57,571 nt of DNA from Coriobacteriia bacterium (GTDB lineage Bacteria > Actinomycetota > Coriobacteriia > Anaerosomatales > PHET01). The DNA lies in NCBI GenBank assembly GCA_009779675.1, contig WRDS01000001.1, forward strand, positions 1 through 57,571, in the 5' to 3' direction. Positions 57,081 to 57,571 of the stretch are shown in pieces. The position numbers and the translations under genes were made by a program. Under the pieces are notes generated by a model. It worked only from the letters and a program-made list of their open reading frames with translations, did no database searches and was not told where the DNA came from. Each line of letters begins with the position of its first letter. Position 1 is the stretch's first letter.

Positions 57081-57571
57081 TTATGGCCCAAGCTTTATTA
57101 AGCGGGCCCTATCAAGCAGATCCTTTTCGAAATACCCGGTATTTGTGGTAGTGACAAAGGTCTGCGTGGTCTCCCCTGTCAGCCTGGCCATCGCGCTACG
57201 TCTCTGCTCGTCCAGCTCAGACATGACATCGTCCAACAGGAGAATGGGGGCTTTCCCTGAAACATCTTTGATGACTGCAACCTCTGCGAGCTTCCAAGCA
57301 AGGGCAACGGTCCGTTGCTGCCCCTGCGACGAATATGCCCGCACATCCCTACCCTCATCAAGGAAGAATCGGATGTCGTCCCGATGCGGCCCGACAAGCG
57401 TCATTCTGCGGAACCTCTCCTCGCCCTGCTTGAGCTTGAGCGCCCTCTTTAGCGCTTCCTCTGGATCCAAGCCGATGCCCTCGCCCCCCAGTAAGCCGTC
57501 GCGATTCCAAGAAGCCTGGTACACAGATCTAATGGAACCGCCACCCGCAATCATCGAGTGAGCATCCTTGA
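57081..57571 (-). CDS. recF: DNA replication/repair protein RecF (C-terminal part; 5' end outside the window)
   Basis: 'GPHRDDIRFFLD','SSQGQQRT','PILLLDDVMSELD','FVTTT' motifs. The frame stays open to the window edge. Confidence 0.9.
   Translation of the reverse strand, partial: KDAHSMIAGGGSIRSVYQASWNRDGLLGGEGIGLDPEEALKRALKLKQGEERFRRMTLVGPHRDDIRFFLDEGRDVRAYSSQGQQRTVALAWKLAEVAVIKDVSGKAPILLLDDVMSELDEQRRSAMARLTGETTQTFVTTTNTGYFEKDLLDRARLIKLGP

Overview
High-GC (spot counts about 65% GC) Gram-positive, Actinobacteria-type chromosome segment. By inference it comes from a Coriobacteriia/Eggerthellaceae-like organism, based on CWB2 wall-binding repeats, large multihaem cytochromes and the recF-dciA-gyrB-gyrA order. 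The right end (about 50.4-57.6 kb) is the origin-proximal housekeeping block recF(partial)-DUF721/dciA-gyrB-small membrane protein-gyrA-HAD, all on the minus strand. Most genes in the window are on the minus strand, which fits leading-strand orientation away from an origin lying to the right.

The core region carries:
- a macAB-like efflux set with MarR;
- a large SpaA/CnaB-type surface adhesin next to tRNA-Ile and tRNA-Ala;
- a lipoprotein cytochrome with about 24 haem motifs;
- a K+ locus (KimA-like APC transporter plus two TrkA-like proteins);
- two ABC systems, haemolysin-family membrane proteins, Maf, and a HEAT-repeat/HD-GYP operon;
- an RlpA-like wall protein and an actinobacterial stress cluster (PRC-barrel, YtxH, holin-X-like);
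- GNAT-YbaK, 5-FTHF cyclo-ligase, a NitT/TauT-type ABC pair, and a YhaO/YhaN (SbcD/SbcC-like) pair;
- a 1129-aa wall-anchored RCC1-propeller protein.

The left 7 kb is different. It is on the plus strand, is visibly AT-richer, and starts with a decayed group II intron maturase. It carries two radical-SAM modules. The first is a tight rSAM / PP-loop amidotransferase-like / PssA-like CDP-alcohol phosphatidyltransferase cassette, which I cannot assign to any characterised pathway and which is my best candidate for an undescribed system. The second is a lipoprotein gene abutting an AnSME-like rSAM/SPASM maturase.

Other points worth follow-up:
- possible c-di-AMP (ydaO-class) riboswitch-like leaders upstream of the KimA-like and RlpA-like genes;
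- a G10 tract inside the adhesin gene;
- haem-binding motifs in the wall-anchored RCC1 protein;
- several unexplained tandem or inverted repeats in intergenic regions.

All family calls come from motif recognition by eye. No database search was run.
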